Shown: positions 1 to 13,044, counted from the stretch's first letter. The stretch: 64,000 nucleotides of DNA from Eledone cirrhosa (GCA_964016885.1 OZ024740.1:60946001-61010000), one strand, 5' to 3'. The notes: a model not told the origin generated them from the letters alone. Numbers and translations are program-made.

Positions 1-57
1 TTGTTCTAGCCCACTGAGTGACATCTTGGGCAAGTGTTTCTATAACTGATTCCCATC

Positions 58-334
58 TGTTGTATGGACTGTGAATCGAACTCACAACCTCATTGTTGTA
101 TGGACTGTTAAATTCGATTTGTTCAATTTACACGTGCTCACACATTTGCATATGAATCACGTGACCTGGGCAGTCAGTCAGCGTTGGTATTAAAAACTCA
201 GTCACAGACTGCTACTGACTTACTTTGTTATTCTGCTACTGCGAGGAGGGGCGTTTTGGTTGTTTCGCAAATTACACAAATTATTTGATATAACTCGTTG
301 TGTTTTCTCTGCGAGTACCGAGAGGAATAGAACA
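58..334 (+). repeat. 5' LTR
   Basis: Starts TGTTGTA, ends TAGAACA; matches 6310-6577 apart from a few substitutions and indels. Confidence 0.95.
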
Positions 335-340
335 GTTTAT

Positions 341-359
341 TGGCGTCGACGATAGGATT
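341..359 (+). promoter_or_regulatory. Primer-binding site, probably tRNA-Ser(GCU)
   Basis: TGGCGTCGACGATAGGATT lies 6 nt after the LTR; 16/19 match to TGGCGACGAGGATGGGATT, the complement of the tRNA-Ser(GCU) 3' end as I recall it. Confidence 0.75.
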
Positions 360-1971
360 TACCTACATTGCCGATAGGATTTACCTACATTGACGATAGG
401 ATTTACCTACATCGCCGATAGGATTACCTACATTGCCGATAGGATTACCTACATTGCCGATAGGATTTACCTACATTGCCGATAGGATTTACCTACATTG
501 CCAATAGGATTACCTACATTGCCGATAGGATTTACCTACATTGACGATAGGATTTACCTACATTGCCAATAGGATTACCTACATTGACGATAGGATTTAC
601 CTACATTGACGATAGGATTTACCTACATTGACGATAGGATTTACCTACATTGACGATAGGATTTACCTACATTGACGATAGGATTTACCTACATTGACGA
701 TAGGATTTACCTACATTGACGATAGGATTTACCTACATTGACGATAGGATTTACCTACATTGACGATAGGATTACCTACATTGCCGATAGGATTTACCTA
801 CATTGCCGATAGGATTTACCTACATTGCCAATAGGATTACCTACATTGCCGATAGGATTTACCTACATTGACGATAGGATTTACCTACATTGCCAATAGG
901 ATTTACCTACATTGACGATAGGATTTACCTACATTGCCGATAGGATTTACCTACATTGACGATAGGATTTACCTACATTGACGATAGGATTTACCTACAT
1001 TGACGATAGGATTTACCTACATTGACGATAGGATTTACCTACATTGACGATAGGATTTACCTACATTGCCGATAGGATTTACCTACATTGACGATAGGAT
1101 TTACCTACATTGCCGATAGGATTTACCTACATTGACGATAGGATTTACCTACATTGCCAATAGGATTACCTACATTGACGATAGGATTTACCTACATTGA
1201 CGATAGGATTTACCTACATTGACGATAGGATTTACCTACATTGACGATAGGATTTACCTACATTGACGATAGGATTTACCTACATTGACGATAGGATTTA
1301 CCTACATTGACGATAGGATTTACCTACATTGCCGATAGGATTTACCTACATTGCCGATAGGATTTACCTACATTGACGATAGGATTTACCTACATTGCCG
1401 ATAGGATTTACCTACATTGACGATAGGATTTACCTACATTGCCAATAGGATTACCTACATTGACGATAGGATTTACCTACATTGACGATAGGATTTACCT
1501 ACATTGACGATAGGATTTACCTACATTGACGATAGGATTTACCTACATTGACGATAGGATTTACCTACATTGACGATAGGATTTACCTACATTGACGATA
1601 GGATTTACCTACATTGACGATAGGATTTACCTACATTGACGATAGGATTTACCTACATTGCCGATAGGATTTACCTACATTGACGATAGGATTTACCTAC
1701 ATTGACGATAGGATTTACCTACATTGACGATAGGATTTACCTACATTGACGATAGGATTTACCTACATTGACGATAGGATTTACCTACATTGACGATAGG
1801 ATTTACCTACATTGACGATAGGATTTACCTACATTGACGATAGGATTTACCTACATTGACGATAGGATTTACCTACATTGCCGATAGGATTTACCTACAT
1901 TGCCGATAGGATTTACCTACATTGCCGATAGGATTTACCTACATTGCCGATAGGATTTACCTACATTGCCG
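348..1971 (+). repeat. 22-bp tandem array G(A/C)CGATAGGATTTACCTACATT, ~74 copies
   Basis: Directly visible; variants GAC/GCC, GCCAAT, and 21-nt units lacking one T. Confidence 0.98.
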
Positions 1972-1993
1972 GGAAATTGTTTATCATAAAAAC

Positions 1994-3058
1994 ATGGCGG
2001 AACAACAAACAGCGGAGCTAATAAAGTTGTTTAGAGAACAGATGGAACAACAAATGCAACAGCAGGAACAACAAATGCAACAGCAGGAACAACAAATGCA
2101 ACAACACAAGAAAGATATGGACACTCTGATAAAACTGTTTGGTGCTCGAGATTCTGAACAACAGAGTTTATTGGCGTCGCCAGTTGCTTCGACACCAACA
2201 GCATTCATCCCACCATTTGCTGCTTTTGATTCAACAACAGAACTATGGCCTGATTACTGGTCAAGATTCTGCACGTTTGTGGCTGCTAACGCTGTACCCG
2301 AGCAACGCATGGCACAAGTGTTCCTGACTAATCAGACGGCTGCTATCTACAAACAACTTGCAAATCTGGCTGCTCAACAAAATCCGCCTAAGAATATCAA
2401 CAAGTTGACAATGGACGAAATTGTTGATTTCATGAAAGAACAGTTCGACCCAAAACTTTTCATTGTGAGAGAACGTTTCAAGTTCTGGAGTGACATGCAA
2501 CGGAAGCCAGGCGAAACTCTCCAGGAGCTGGCAGCACGTATACGTCAGGATGCAGCTACCTGTGATTTTCCTTCGATCACAAATCCACAAGATGAAGCTC
2601 TAAGACAGAGATTTATATGTTCTGTCAATAATGAAGCTGTGTTGAAGGCTATTTTCAAGATCAAGGATACAGAACTAGATTTCGCCCGTGCTGTCAAAGT
2701 TGCCATCGGGACCGAAGACGCAGCAAAGGTTGCCAAGGAAACTGTTTACGGTTCCCAAACCAAGCAAGTCTACAAGGTCCAGCAGAACAAGAACAAGGGT
2801 CCTCGAAAGAACTATCAGCAGTCTTATTCCACAGACCAGGAGATGTGCTACCGATGTGGAAAGGCCCACAAAGCGACAGACTGCCCCTTCAAAGAAGCCA
2901 AATGTCATTTTTGTGACAAAAAGGAACATTTGCAAGCGGTGTGTAGAAAGAAACAGCAGCAACGTAATCATCGCTCACAGAATTACGTGAAAAGAATCAC
3001 GAAAGCTGAGCTAGTCAAGGCGATCCTTCTGAAGTTCCCCACGATACTCATAGTTTGA
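1994..3058 (+). pseudogene. gag: Gag with Gln-rich repeat and two CCHC-type zinc knuckles
   Basis: ATG at 1994 (MAEQQ); CYRCGKAHKATDC and CHFCDKKEHLQAVC; frameshift into the protease near 3030-3055. Confidence 0.88.
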
Positions 3059-6000
3059 ATGTGCCAATAACAATCCAGAACAGACTTTTCACAATGGAAT
3101 TGGACACGGCTACTACAGGCAATTTTGTTTCCTTGTCAGTTTGGAAACAATTAGGAAAACCGAAGCTGCAAGATGTCAAACATCGGTTTGAATCTGCTAG
3201 CAAGCACGACCTGCCCGTTCTGGGAACTTTCATGGGCCAAACCAAGGATCCAACGACCGGTAAACGGAATTCAATACCCTACATCGTCACCAAGATCCCT
3301 GATCTTAATTTGCTGGGACGAAACGCTATCCAGACTCTGGGAATTTCCGTGGACAATGCTCTAGGATTGAAATGCATAGACAGCCAGGCCAAGAGTGAGG
3401 GTGCAGAAGTGATGCATCCAAAGACCTCAAATGAGCCCTATATTTCCATGCAACGAGAATGTCACATGTGTGATGAATTCCCAGATCTCTTAAAGCAAGA
3501 ATTGGGATGTCTTAATGACTTCGAACTGGAAGTGAAGTTCAAGTCGGACGCGACACCGGTCTTTCACAAGGCACGCCCGGTCCCATTTGCTCTTCGTGAT
3601 GACCTGGCCAAAGGTTACGAAGAAGGCATCGCCAAAGGAATCTAGAAGCTAATACAGTTCAACGAATACGGAACGCCAGTGGTACCGATTCGTAAAGCAC
3701 ATACTTCAGGCAACCTGAAGCCCAAACTACAGATTTGTGGTGACTACTCTGTGGGAATTAATGACCAACTTGCAGATCATCGTCATCCAATGCCACTCCC
3801 AGAGGAACTGATGCAGAAGCTCGGAGGTGGATTCGGATACACAAAGATTGATCTTGCTGATGCCTATAATCAGATCAAGCTGGCTCCAGAAAGTCAACGC
3901 AGGCTTGCACTCAGCACTCACCGTGGGGTGCTCCTGCAGGAACGACTCCCTTTCGGAATCAAGTCAGCACCTGGTTACTTTCAGGAGATAATGGAAAACC
4001 TGACTCAAGATCTACTTGGTGTTGCCGTCTTCCAGGACGACATGCTCGTCAGTGGGAAAGATGCAAACGATCACCTGAACAACCTAAAGTGTCTGCTCAC
4101 ACGTCTGCGACAAAGGACTCAGATGTCGCCATGACAAGTGCCAGTTTGCACTACCCAGTGTGGAATACCTTGGACACCTTGTCGGCTGAAGGGATCGCGA
4201 AGGGATCCAAGGGCGAAGCAGTTTTAAAGATGCCACCTCCAACGAACGTCTCAAGCTTGAAGTCTTTTCTGGGTTCAGTTCAGTTCTATGGAAAGTTTAT
4301 CCCAAACCTGGCCAGCATGGCAGAGCCACTCTATTGCCTTACGAAAAAAACGACTACTTGGAAGTGGGGAGATGAAGAACAGTCATCTTTCGATCAGTTG
4401 AAAAATGTGCTTTCATCGGATCGAGTTCTGATACACTTCGATCCAAACAAAACTTTGGGACTGGCTTGCGACGCGTCAAACGTTGGTATTGGAGCAGTCC
4501 TGTTTCATCGCTATCCTGATGGAAGCGAGCGCCCAATATCCAATGTGTCCAAGACTCTTACTTCTGCACAGCGTAACTACGGCCAAATTCAAAAGGAAGC
4601 CCTGGCCATCATATTTGGCTTGCAGAAGTTCTATCAGTATCTGTACGGACATCAGTTTATACTCGTAACTGACCACAAGCCACTGACATCACTGTTCAGT
4701 CCGAGGAAAGGGACGCCACTTCTCGCTGCTAACCGACTAGCACAGTGGGCCCTGTGGCTGAACCAGTTTGACTACACCATCGAATATCGGAAAACAGCGG
4801 ATCATGGCAATGCAGATGCCCTCAGTCGCTTGCCATTTGGTAATGACATCGACTTTGACAGGAAGGAAAATGGTGAAGACATGGACATGGTGTGCGCCAT
4901 CAAAGCTCTGTCTTCAAGTCCAACCTATCGATTCTAACGTCCTCCGTCAAGAGTCAGGGAAAGATCCAGTGATATCTACAGTGATACGCTACGTCCGTGA
5001 AGGCTGGCCACCAAAGAATACTGAGATCAATGACGAAGTTAATAAGTTCCGGAAGTTATCGGATTCACTCAGTATCTGCCACGGATGCCTTATCCATGGA
5101 TCGAGAGTTGTGATTCCACATAGCTTACAGCCAAAGATCCTCAATCTTCTGCATCTCGGACACTTTGGCATGGAGCGCATGAAACAATTGGCAAGAACTG
5201 CTGTTTATTATCCTGGTATCGATGCTGCTATAGAGAAAACCAGTCGACAATGTGATTCGTGTGGTGAACATCAAAACCAGCCATCCAAGTCTCCAGTTCA
5301 CCCATGGATGTTACCTGAAAAGCCGTGGAGCCGCTTACACCTGGACCACGCAATAAATTTCATGGGCAGTAATTGGTTGGTGATCACGGATGCTTATTCC
5401 AAGTATCCATGCATTCATCCTACGTCATCCACGTCCTCCAGAGCCACTTTAGATCTGCTTGAAGAAGACTTTGCGCACTTCGGATTTCCTCACATGCTAG
5501 TCACCGATAACGCACCAACTTTTATTTCTGAGGAGTTCCAGAGCTGGTGCAAAGAACGTGGGATCATGCACCTGACAGGGGCACCTTACCACCCAGCTAC
5601 TAACGGAGCAGCGGAACGTTTGGTGCAGACCTTCAAACAAGCTCTGAGGAAGACTTCTTTTCCGCCGAAGCGAGCACTTCAAGAGTTCTTGATGCAGTAC
5701 CGGAGAACACCGACATCCAGTGGATTCTCTCCGAGTGAACTTTTGAATCACCGGCAGATACGGACAAGGATTGATTCTCTGCTGCCCTCGCCAGCACACA
5801 TCGCTCAAGGCAAGCAGTCTAAGGAAGCATATAAGTCTCAGATGACTCCGGACTCGGCAGGTGTTGCTAAGGTTACCAGGCAGTACAAGGCTGGTAAGGT
5901 TACCAAGCAGTACAAGGCTGGAGATCCTGTGTATGCACTGTACTACGGACCTCGCCGAGACAAAGATCCCCGATGGGTACCAGCAATCATTAAGAAGTCA

Positions 6001-6240
6001 TTGGGTACTCGCTGCTTCAACGTTAAGGTCATACCTCATGGCCCGGTGTGGAGATGACACTGGGAACAGCTGCAACCGCGGTACACTACTGAGGAAGACA
6101 ATGAACCTGGTGATGCAGTAGACACTGTTTTTGAATTTGCAACAGATCACCCGATGGAGATCTCGGAAATCGTGCCACTAACTCCAAGACCTTATTGCCC
6201 GTTCCAGAGTATGGACGAGACAATCGAAGACGGTCCAAGA
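3055..6240 (+). pseudogene. pol: Pol (protease, RT, RNase H, integrase), disrupted
   Basis: Protease MELDTA; RT KIDLADAY and FQDD; RNase H ACDAS/KEALA/TDHKPL; integrase HxxHFG..CxxC, TDN, NGAAER. Stops at 3643 and 6055; frameshifts near 4110-4175 and 4910. Confidence 0.93.
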
Positions 6241-6299
6241 GAACTCGTAAACCCCCAGAGAGACTTTGCTGTTGATGCTTCTTTTGTCACATCAATTTC

Positions 6300-6309
6300 G
6301 GTGGGGAGG
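6300..6309 (+). promoter_or_regulatory. Polypurine tract
   Basis: GGTGGGGAGG immediately before the 3' LTR. Confidence 0.8.
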
Positions 6310-6577
6310 TGTTGTATGGACTGTGAATCGAACTCACAACCTCATTGTTGTATGGACTATTAAATTCGATTTGTTCAATTTACACGTGCTCACACATTTG
6401 CATATGAATCACGTGACCTTGGCAATTAGTCAGCGTTGGTATTAAAAGTCAGAGACTGACTGACTGACTTACTTTGTTATTCTGCTACTGTGAGGGGCGT
6501 TTTGGTTGTTTCGCAAATTACACAAATTATTTGATATAACTCGTGTTTTCTCTGCGAGTACCGAGAGGAATACAACA
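6310..6577 (+). repeat. 3' LTR
   Basis: TGTTGTA...TACAACA termini followed by the CCATC TSD. Confidence 0.95.
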
Positions 6578-7754
6578 CCATCATTTTGAGCACCATTCTC
6601 CACCTTAACATCTAAAAAATTGCTATATGCTCTCTCCCTTTATATAAAAAAACAAATTGAGTTTTGTACAAATTGGTATATAGGTGGTGTTCAATATGTG
6701 GAGGAGGTAAGGCAGGAGATTCCAACAGCAATGTGTACCAAAGTTGCTTTGGTGTACAAGTAATAAAGTAAAATCTGAAGTTTTCATTTAACATTATTTT
6801 CGAATTACCCTGCTTAAATATTAAACTTTCCCCTGTATATATATATATATGAGGATTCTTCTGTTGTGTGAGGGCACAATAAATGCATTCACTTGAAGAA
6901 AAATTGCTAAACAAAAGGTAGAGAGGACTCTTCAGTTGTGTTAAAGATTGGATGACCTCTCTCGTGCTGGTGCCATGATAAAATACATGGCATTCTCTAG
7001 AATGTAGGAATATATGTAAACAAGATGAGCTTCCAACCCATCTGAGAGATCAGTGTTTCTGATTAAGTACTAACTTGGTCTGTGGTGTCCATCTAACTCT
7101 TGCTAGGAAAACGCATTAATTGATGATAATATTGTGTTGTGTCTTCACATTTCACATCAATGGGGCAGGCATAATCAACAATTAGATATGCAAAGATCTG
7201 TGCCTTACTTTAAAAACATGCAGAAAGACATCCAACCATAAAATTCTGCCTCAAAAAGTTTCTTCTAACCAATGCCAGCATGGAAAAATGGATGTAAAAC
7301 TCATAATAATGACAATGTACTAAAACAAGATCTAATCAGCTCTCTGTAATTTTTCTTTTTTAAATATTTCCTGATATTGTGTTATAGTTTCTGTTTATTC
7401 ATATGTTATTAACTTCCAGTGAAGAAATTGTGATTTTGTTTTTACTCCAAATATATCTAATATTTTTCTTTAATAATGTTTCTTTTTTCTCACCCACCTC
7501 ATACTGTCAATATTTAATCACATCTGGTTAGAATATTTTTGGATGGGTTGTGTTAAAGAAATTAACTTGATTCAACTAAACATAATCTTCATATCTCTGT
7601 ACATTAATTTTTCATCTTTACTTTTGTCTTGCTGTGTTATTCATCTTATGTGCTGGCTTTCATTAGAAATCTTTGTTCACAGGTGAAGTGTATCAAAATT
7701 CTGTGTTTCATGTTTGTTCAATTAGTAAACCATAAGAGCCAACATTACCATTTT

Positions 7755-8005
7755 GTGGAGGTGCCACGGCAAAAAAAGCACCCAGCCCACACTGTAAAGT
7801 GGACGTGTAGGCGCCACGAAAAAGCACCCAGCACTCACTGTAAATGAGGTTGGTGTTAGGAAGGGCATCCAGCTGTAGAAATCAAGCCAAATCAGTTCCT
7901 GTATGAGCAAGGCATGGTCAGCCGACCAGACACTGCCCACAACAGGACAATCCGTCTAACCCATGCTAGCGTGGAAGAACGGACGTAAAACGGTGATGAT
8001 GATTC
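7755..8005 (+). mobile_element. SINE/RTE 3'-tail module fragment
   Basis: GGTTGGTGTTAGGAAGGGCATCCAGC core and GGACGTAAAA..(GAT)n tail shared with 16059 and 40760. Confidence 0.65.
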
Positions 8006-8130
8006 ATTTGAGTTTTTTCAGTGTTTACATGGCTTGGATGGGTGTTCTTCAGCTGTACTCCATTGTAAGATTTAGAATCTTGAGATCAGCGCTTACCATA
8101 TCTTTAACAGCAAAGACAATTTCACCCAAC

Positions 8131-8290
8131 CAGTGCCAGATTTAGGACAAATGAGGCCCTGTGCTAGTAAAGTTATGATGCTCCTTACTTGGGCCCTAAA
8201 GGAGGTAAAAAAATTTTTGGGGCAGGAAGATCGCCCCTCTGGCCAACAGGGCCCTGTGCACACCTAAGCACAAAGGTAAACCTGGCACTG
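8131..8290. mobile_element. hAT-type MITE (160 bp)
   Basis: TIRs CAGTGCCAGATTTA / TAAACCTGGCACTG; 8-bp TSD CACCCAAC on both sides. Confidence 0.85.
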
Positions 8291-8806
8291 CACCCAACTG
8301 TCATCTGTTATATGCATCACATGTCTAAACCAGTGCAGCCTCCTCTATTGCATACTAGTACTAATTCCTCTTACATTAAGTTTTTGTTTTTTCAATACTA
8401 ATTGATTACATAAATATAGTAAAGGATTTTGCTGAATACAAATATTAAATTAATAATTTAGCTAAAATAAGTACTGTTTCTCATATATTATTAATATATT
8501 TTTTATTAGTGCTTTTCCTGTTATCATCATTTTCTTCTGATAGTATTAGGAGACTAACTCCATAAGTATAAACATCCTTGTGTATTAATTAGAGCTGGTA
8601 TTTTCACAGCCAACAAGTCAATCATAAAATATATACCTTTAGATAATTTTACCTGCCAACAGTTTTCTGTAATGTTAGGTTCCTTCAGCTGCTGACTTCA
8701 ATTTGTTTATATTCCCTATCACAAAGGACAGAATGTCTTTGGTGTGCATGGAGTGAATTTGTTTTTCTAAAAATATTAGAACCTTTCACAAATACACGTT
8801 TGTTCT

Positions 8807-8935
8807 TAATAATTGTTTCTACTTTTGGCACAAGGCCAGCAATTATCCCAGTGCATTACTGGTACTTTTTATCAACCCCATAAGGATGAAAGGCAAAGTT
8901 AACCTCAGCGGGATTTGAACTCTGATTGTAAAGAC
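8807..8935 (-). mobile_element. SINE family A, 5'-truncated
   Basis: Reverse complement of the GAGTTCAAATCCCG..GTAGAAACAATTATT module. Confidence 0.75.
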
Positions 8936-9149
8936 CTGTAACTCCATGACCCTCATGACATGTTTCTGTCAGATCTATTCTTCGATTGGTATTAGATGGG
9001 GGGGTTTTACTTGTTTCTTCTACATTGACATCAAACCCTGAATGTTGAAAGATGAGCAACAATCATATAGCTGTTTGGTGGTTAAAAGGGGGAGAAATGT
9101 GACTGAGGTAATGTCCAGCCAAATAAGCTAGAGGACTTCATGATTATCT

Positions 9150-9620
9150 AGAAAGGACTAAATGGTAATGTAAAGGTAGATGATGGATGCAATCATTTTG
9201 CTCAGGGTCTACCTCTGGATCTCCTGCTGGTTGGTTTTGCCCTTAAAATCTGTCCAGTGATTCTTTCATGAAACATTCTAACCACATGGATGCCCTTAGT
9301 ATCTGAGCATGATATCTCAATTCGGAGAAGTGACTTTACCGGGAATGACTGATCTCAGAGATATGCATTCTATCGAGTAATATTTCTCCAAAGACCTTTT
9401 GGAGGAAACCCATTTCAGCTACTTGTAGTCGCAATCATATTCTTTTGGTCATTACCCAAGATTCATAACCATAGACAAGGGTTGGCACAAACACCAAATT
9501 GAAGAGCATAAATTTAGCTTTTACACCTACCTCCTTTCTTCTGATTACCAAATGGTGAAGCTGGCACATTACTGCATCAGCTCCGGAAATTCTTGCACTT
9601 AATTCAGCCTTCTGTTACTC
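9150..9620 (-). mobile_element. RTE LINE 3' fragment
   Basis: Minus strand encodes VPTLVYGYESWVMT and a degenerate IE..LR..GH.VRM, typical of the RTE C-terminus. Confidence 0.65.
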
Positions 9621-9684
9621 TTGTGAGCCAAATGGCCTGGATCTCTGGAAAGGCACCTCAGCAATGGCAATCTGGAGTGATAAA

Positions 9685-10075
9685 TCCCTACTTTTTAAAA
9701 AGAGAGACTAGGAATTGCTCCAATTAAAGGGGAATCTCCTTGATAAGTCTCTCTGGTAAAGTCTATGCTAAGTGTCTGGCAAACAGATGTAGAGAGGTTG
9801 TTGAGCTAGCTGATGAACTGGATTTTTCGCCCTGGACGCAGCACACTTATCAAAATATTCACACAGTGGCAGATCTTTGAGAAATCGTAGGAGTATTGCC
9901 AAAATGTGTAATCCTATTATGTCCATCTCGAAAAGGCATATGACCGTGTTCCATGGAACCTGCTGTGGAAGGTTCTTCAGGAGTATGGGATCAATGACCA
10001 GCTTATTGTTGCCCTGATGTCTTTATGCGAATGCCCTAGTATTTGTTTGGATAAATGGTGCTAAATTGAAACCAT
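9685..10075 (+). mobile_element. RTE LINE RT fragment
   Basis: Degenerate RGISLISLSGKVY and LEKAYDRVPW. Confidence 0.75.
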
Positions 10076-10175
10076 GATAGAACTGATACACATAAAATTT
10101 TATGTGTATCGGTTCTATCATGGTTTTAATTTAGCACCATTTATCCAAACACAAATACTAGGGAATTCGCATAAA
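10022..10175. repeat. Near-perfect loopless palindrome (~77-bp arms)
   Basis: Centre CACATAAAA|TTTTATGTG; about 3 mismatches and one 2-bp indel. Confidence 0.93.
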
Positions 10176-11599
10176 CACAAGACTGCTGATGGTAATATAG
10201 GAAATTTCGGATGTCACAATAAACTATATCATAATCACATTATTGTTTTACTGTCTAACTCTTGCTAGCAGGGAAAGTGGACGTTAAAATGACGATGATG
10301 ATGATAATTCATTCTTCCAGGTTTGTACGAGTTCAATGGGTCTCTTAACATCTTGTCGTTTGTTGTAATTGTTATGTATCTTTTATCAAGATCAACACAG
10401 GTACTCTAAACATCCTAAATCTCTTAATCTCCAAACCAACCTTTGCCAAACTATTACTGTTAAACATTTATTGAACCACCTGACTAACTACTGTCTAATC
10501 AAAGCTACCCATCACTCATCCACATACTGTGCAACACTTTTGAAATTCTATGACTCGGCTGACAGTTTTAGGCTATCTCTGGCAGCAAATGTTTCTCACT
10601 TCTGATCCACTCAGATGGAGTTAAACAGGTGATTGGTATCCATCCACATGGGCATGTCTTGTTATATTTTTCACATAACGAAAACCCATGTCACTGAGTG
10701 GTTCACACACAGTTCGACAAAGGGCCACCTCCCTGCTCACTACCATCAGCACAGAGTTGACTACCTGCAGGTGTGAGCTTTGCGAGCTGGAATGGCTCTT
10801 CCAGTGTGTCTCCCTCACATTCCTCCGGGGAAATGCCTCCTCCAGTCTGTCAGCCAGGGCTGCAGGATGACCAGCGAGTGAGCCCCCATTTGCTCATAAT
10901 AGTGAGATGGAGAGCAGGAGGGACAGAAGCAGTGAGAGTGAGAGTGGGAGTTTAGTTCCTTTGTATTTGGACTTGGTGTATATATGCATATATAAGATTG
11001 TGATTAAAACTGTTTTTAATGAAAGTAGATTGATTTTCTTTAAATACTTTTAAATATACAGTACAGGAGAAAAACAGCCTACAACAATTGAAGAAACTCA
11101 TCTATCTCCTTTGGATGAGTAGATTTTAGCTGCTGCTGCAAATCCTGCATGACAATTATCCAAACAAAAGGATATCTTCATACACCCTGCAAGTTTCCAC
11201 CTCACAAATTGCAACTTGTCCTTTAATTTCTTGCCAAGAGGCAATCAACTTTTCTAAATTTTTATATGAATACTGATATTGCAGCATATTGTTTTGTAAG
11301 AGGAAAGTAGGCATTTTATTTAATTTTTTTCAAATGCAGTGATTCTAGAAATTATGAATGTAGAATAGTCAACTGTCTCTGTATTCTATGACCAGATACT
11401 CTCCTTTACACCAATCCTTTGTTTCTAAGGAAGGTACAGATCTTTGCTCATCAAACTGCTGAGCTGTGAAACATACGGTTTTATTCAAGATACAAACTGT
11501 CACTGTGCAAGCAGTATCAAATGTAAAGTAGACTAGTTATTAAACTAAAATTCCACCTTTACTTAATCCAAGGCAAGAATAGGATTCAAGTCTTCTTTT

Positions 11600-11920
11600 T
11601 TGCCCACTTATTCCTGAGAGGGTTGTGGGTGTACAGTCCTCAGACATATCTTTCCAGAAGGCCTAATCAGAAGTAACCATCTCCAAATGATCTAGTTGGA
11701 TCCCCAAGAAAAACCAACTGAGCTCATGGATATTATCCAACCATTTTACTTGTGATCTACCTTTTGGATCTCCTACCAGTTGGTTTGTAAAATCTGTCCA
11801 GTGATTCTCTCCTTGAGTCATTCTAACCAGCTGTGATCTCTCAATTCTGAGAAGTAGTAGCTCTATTTGGAGCAACTCTCTGATCTCCAAGCTACACACC
11901 ATATTAAGAAACATTACTCC
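11600..11920 (-). mobile_element. RTE LINE 3' fragment
   Basis: LLLRIERSQL..RM and G.PKGR...KWLDNI on the minus strand. Confidence 0.6.
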
Positions 11921-13044
11921 AAATTCAGCATTTAAAAAAAAACTAAAACCTTTTCATTATCATACCTCCAATTAAAGATACTGCCCCTGATTTTCAAACA
12001 ATCTTGAAAACAAACAATTATTTGTGAAGATTTAGCAATACAACCAACCCTTTCCCTTTTTCGATGCCTTACCATTTTGCCACATTTTTGCATGACACTG
12101 ATACAGTATTCCTCCCAAATAATTTTCAGCCATGATGCATTATGGTTGAATTTATTTTATTCATTTATTTCATTTATCCCTTCCATATCATATATGAAAA
12201 TAATTTAAGATCTTGAGAACGTGCTATTTTTGCAAAGATTGTTTTCTTTTTAACCCCCACCCTATCCTATCAGTAGGCAGCTCATGAGTTAATGGTAAAC
12301 TTGTAAATGGTAGTTTGATATAGTCTTTTGATAATGTACTTTCTCACTCTATGCTTTGACTTAATGTTTTAAAGTTATTTATTTCCATTCAGTATAGAAT
12401 CTCTGTACATTATAGTATTTTGTATTTTTTTTCGCATAAGAGTTGTTAATTTGTAGTGAACTTGTAGTACATATTACCTTTTATAATATATAACTCTGTA
12501 GTTTTCTAATCTTCCTGGGTGGCTTACATCAATTAAATTGACTAGCACACACAATGTCTACCTTTAAGTTTTGTTTCAGAATGCCAACAACTATATGTTG
12601 CTCAATAGTTGTTTAGCTCATGTTTTCATATTATCTCTAGCTGTATTGCTGATTACTTCTGACATGAGAACGGTTATTTTTCCCCACTCTCATAAAAAAT
12701 GGATTATCTTCAAATAGATTAAAGAATTTGGAGACATTTTCCTCAAACTTGTTTTATATTGTTATAAGCTATATATATGTTCTCCAGTCATCTCCATTTG
12801 ATCATTTTTATTTGGAGATGTATATATGTTGTGTAATGGAAACAATGATCTCAGCAGTTTATTTACATTTTTATCATTTTCTTCTGCAACAGCTTTTGAC
12901 TGTTTTAGGGTGTTATTTAATAATCACTTATTAAAGGAGCTAAAATAATAGTTGCTATTTTTCAGTATTTTTATGATGACAAAAGATACCTTTGGTCAAA
13001 ACTGCTCAGCTCTAAAATGGTTTACGTTTGAGGGGATTTTGTCT

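Larger units (their letters stand above)
58..6577 (+). mobile_element. Full-length decayed Ty3/Gypsy (Mag-like) LTR retrotransposon
   Basis: Paired LTRs (58-334, 6310-6577), 5-bp TSD CCATC (53-57, 6578-6582), PBS, polypurine tract, and gag-PR-RT-RNaseH-IN order. Confidence 0.96.

Noticed and set aside
348-1971. CRISPR array or telomeric repeat
   Set aside because: Units are contiguous with no unique spacers, there are no cas genes, the context is eukaryotic, and the unit is not TTAGGG-like.
1922-1993. Gag N-terminal extension in the ORF track
   Set aside because: It starts at ATT inside the tandem array; the ATG at 1994 has good Kozak context (AACATGG).
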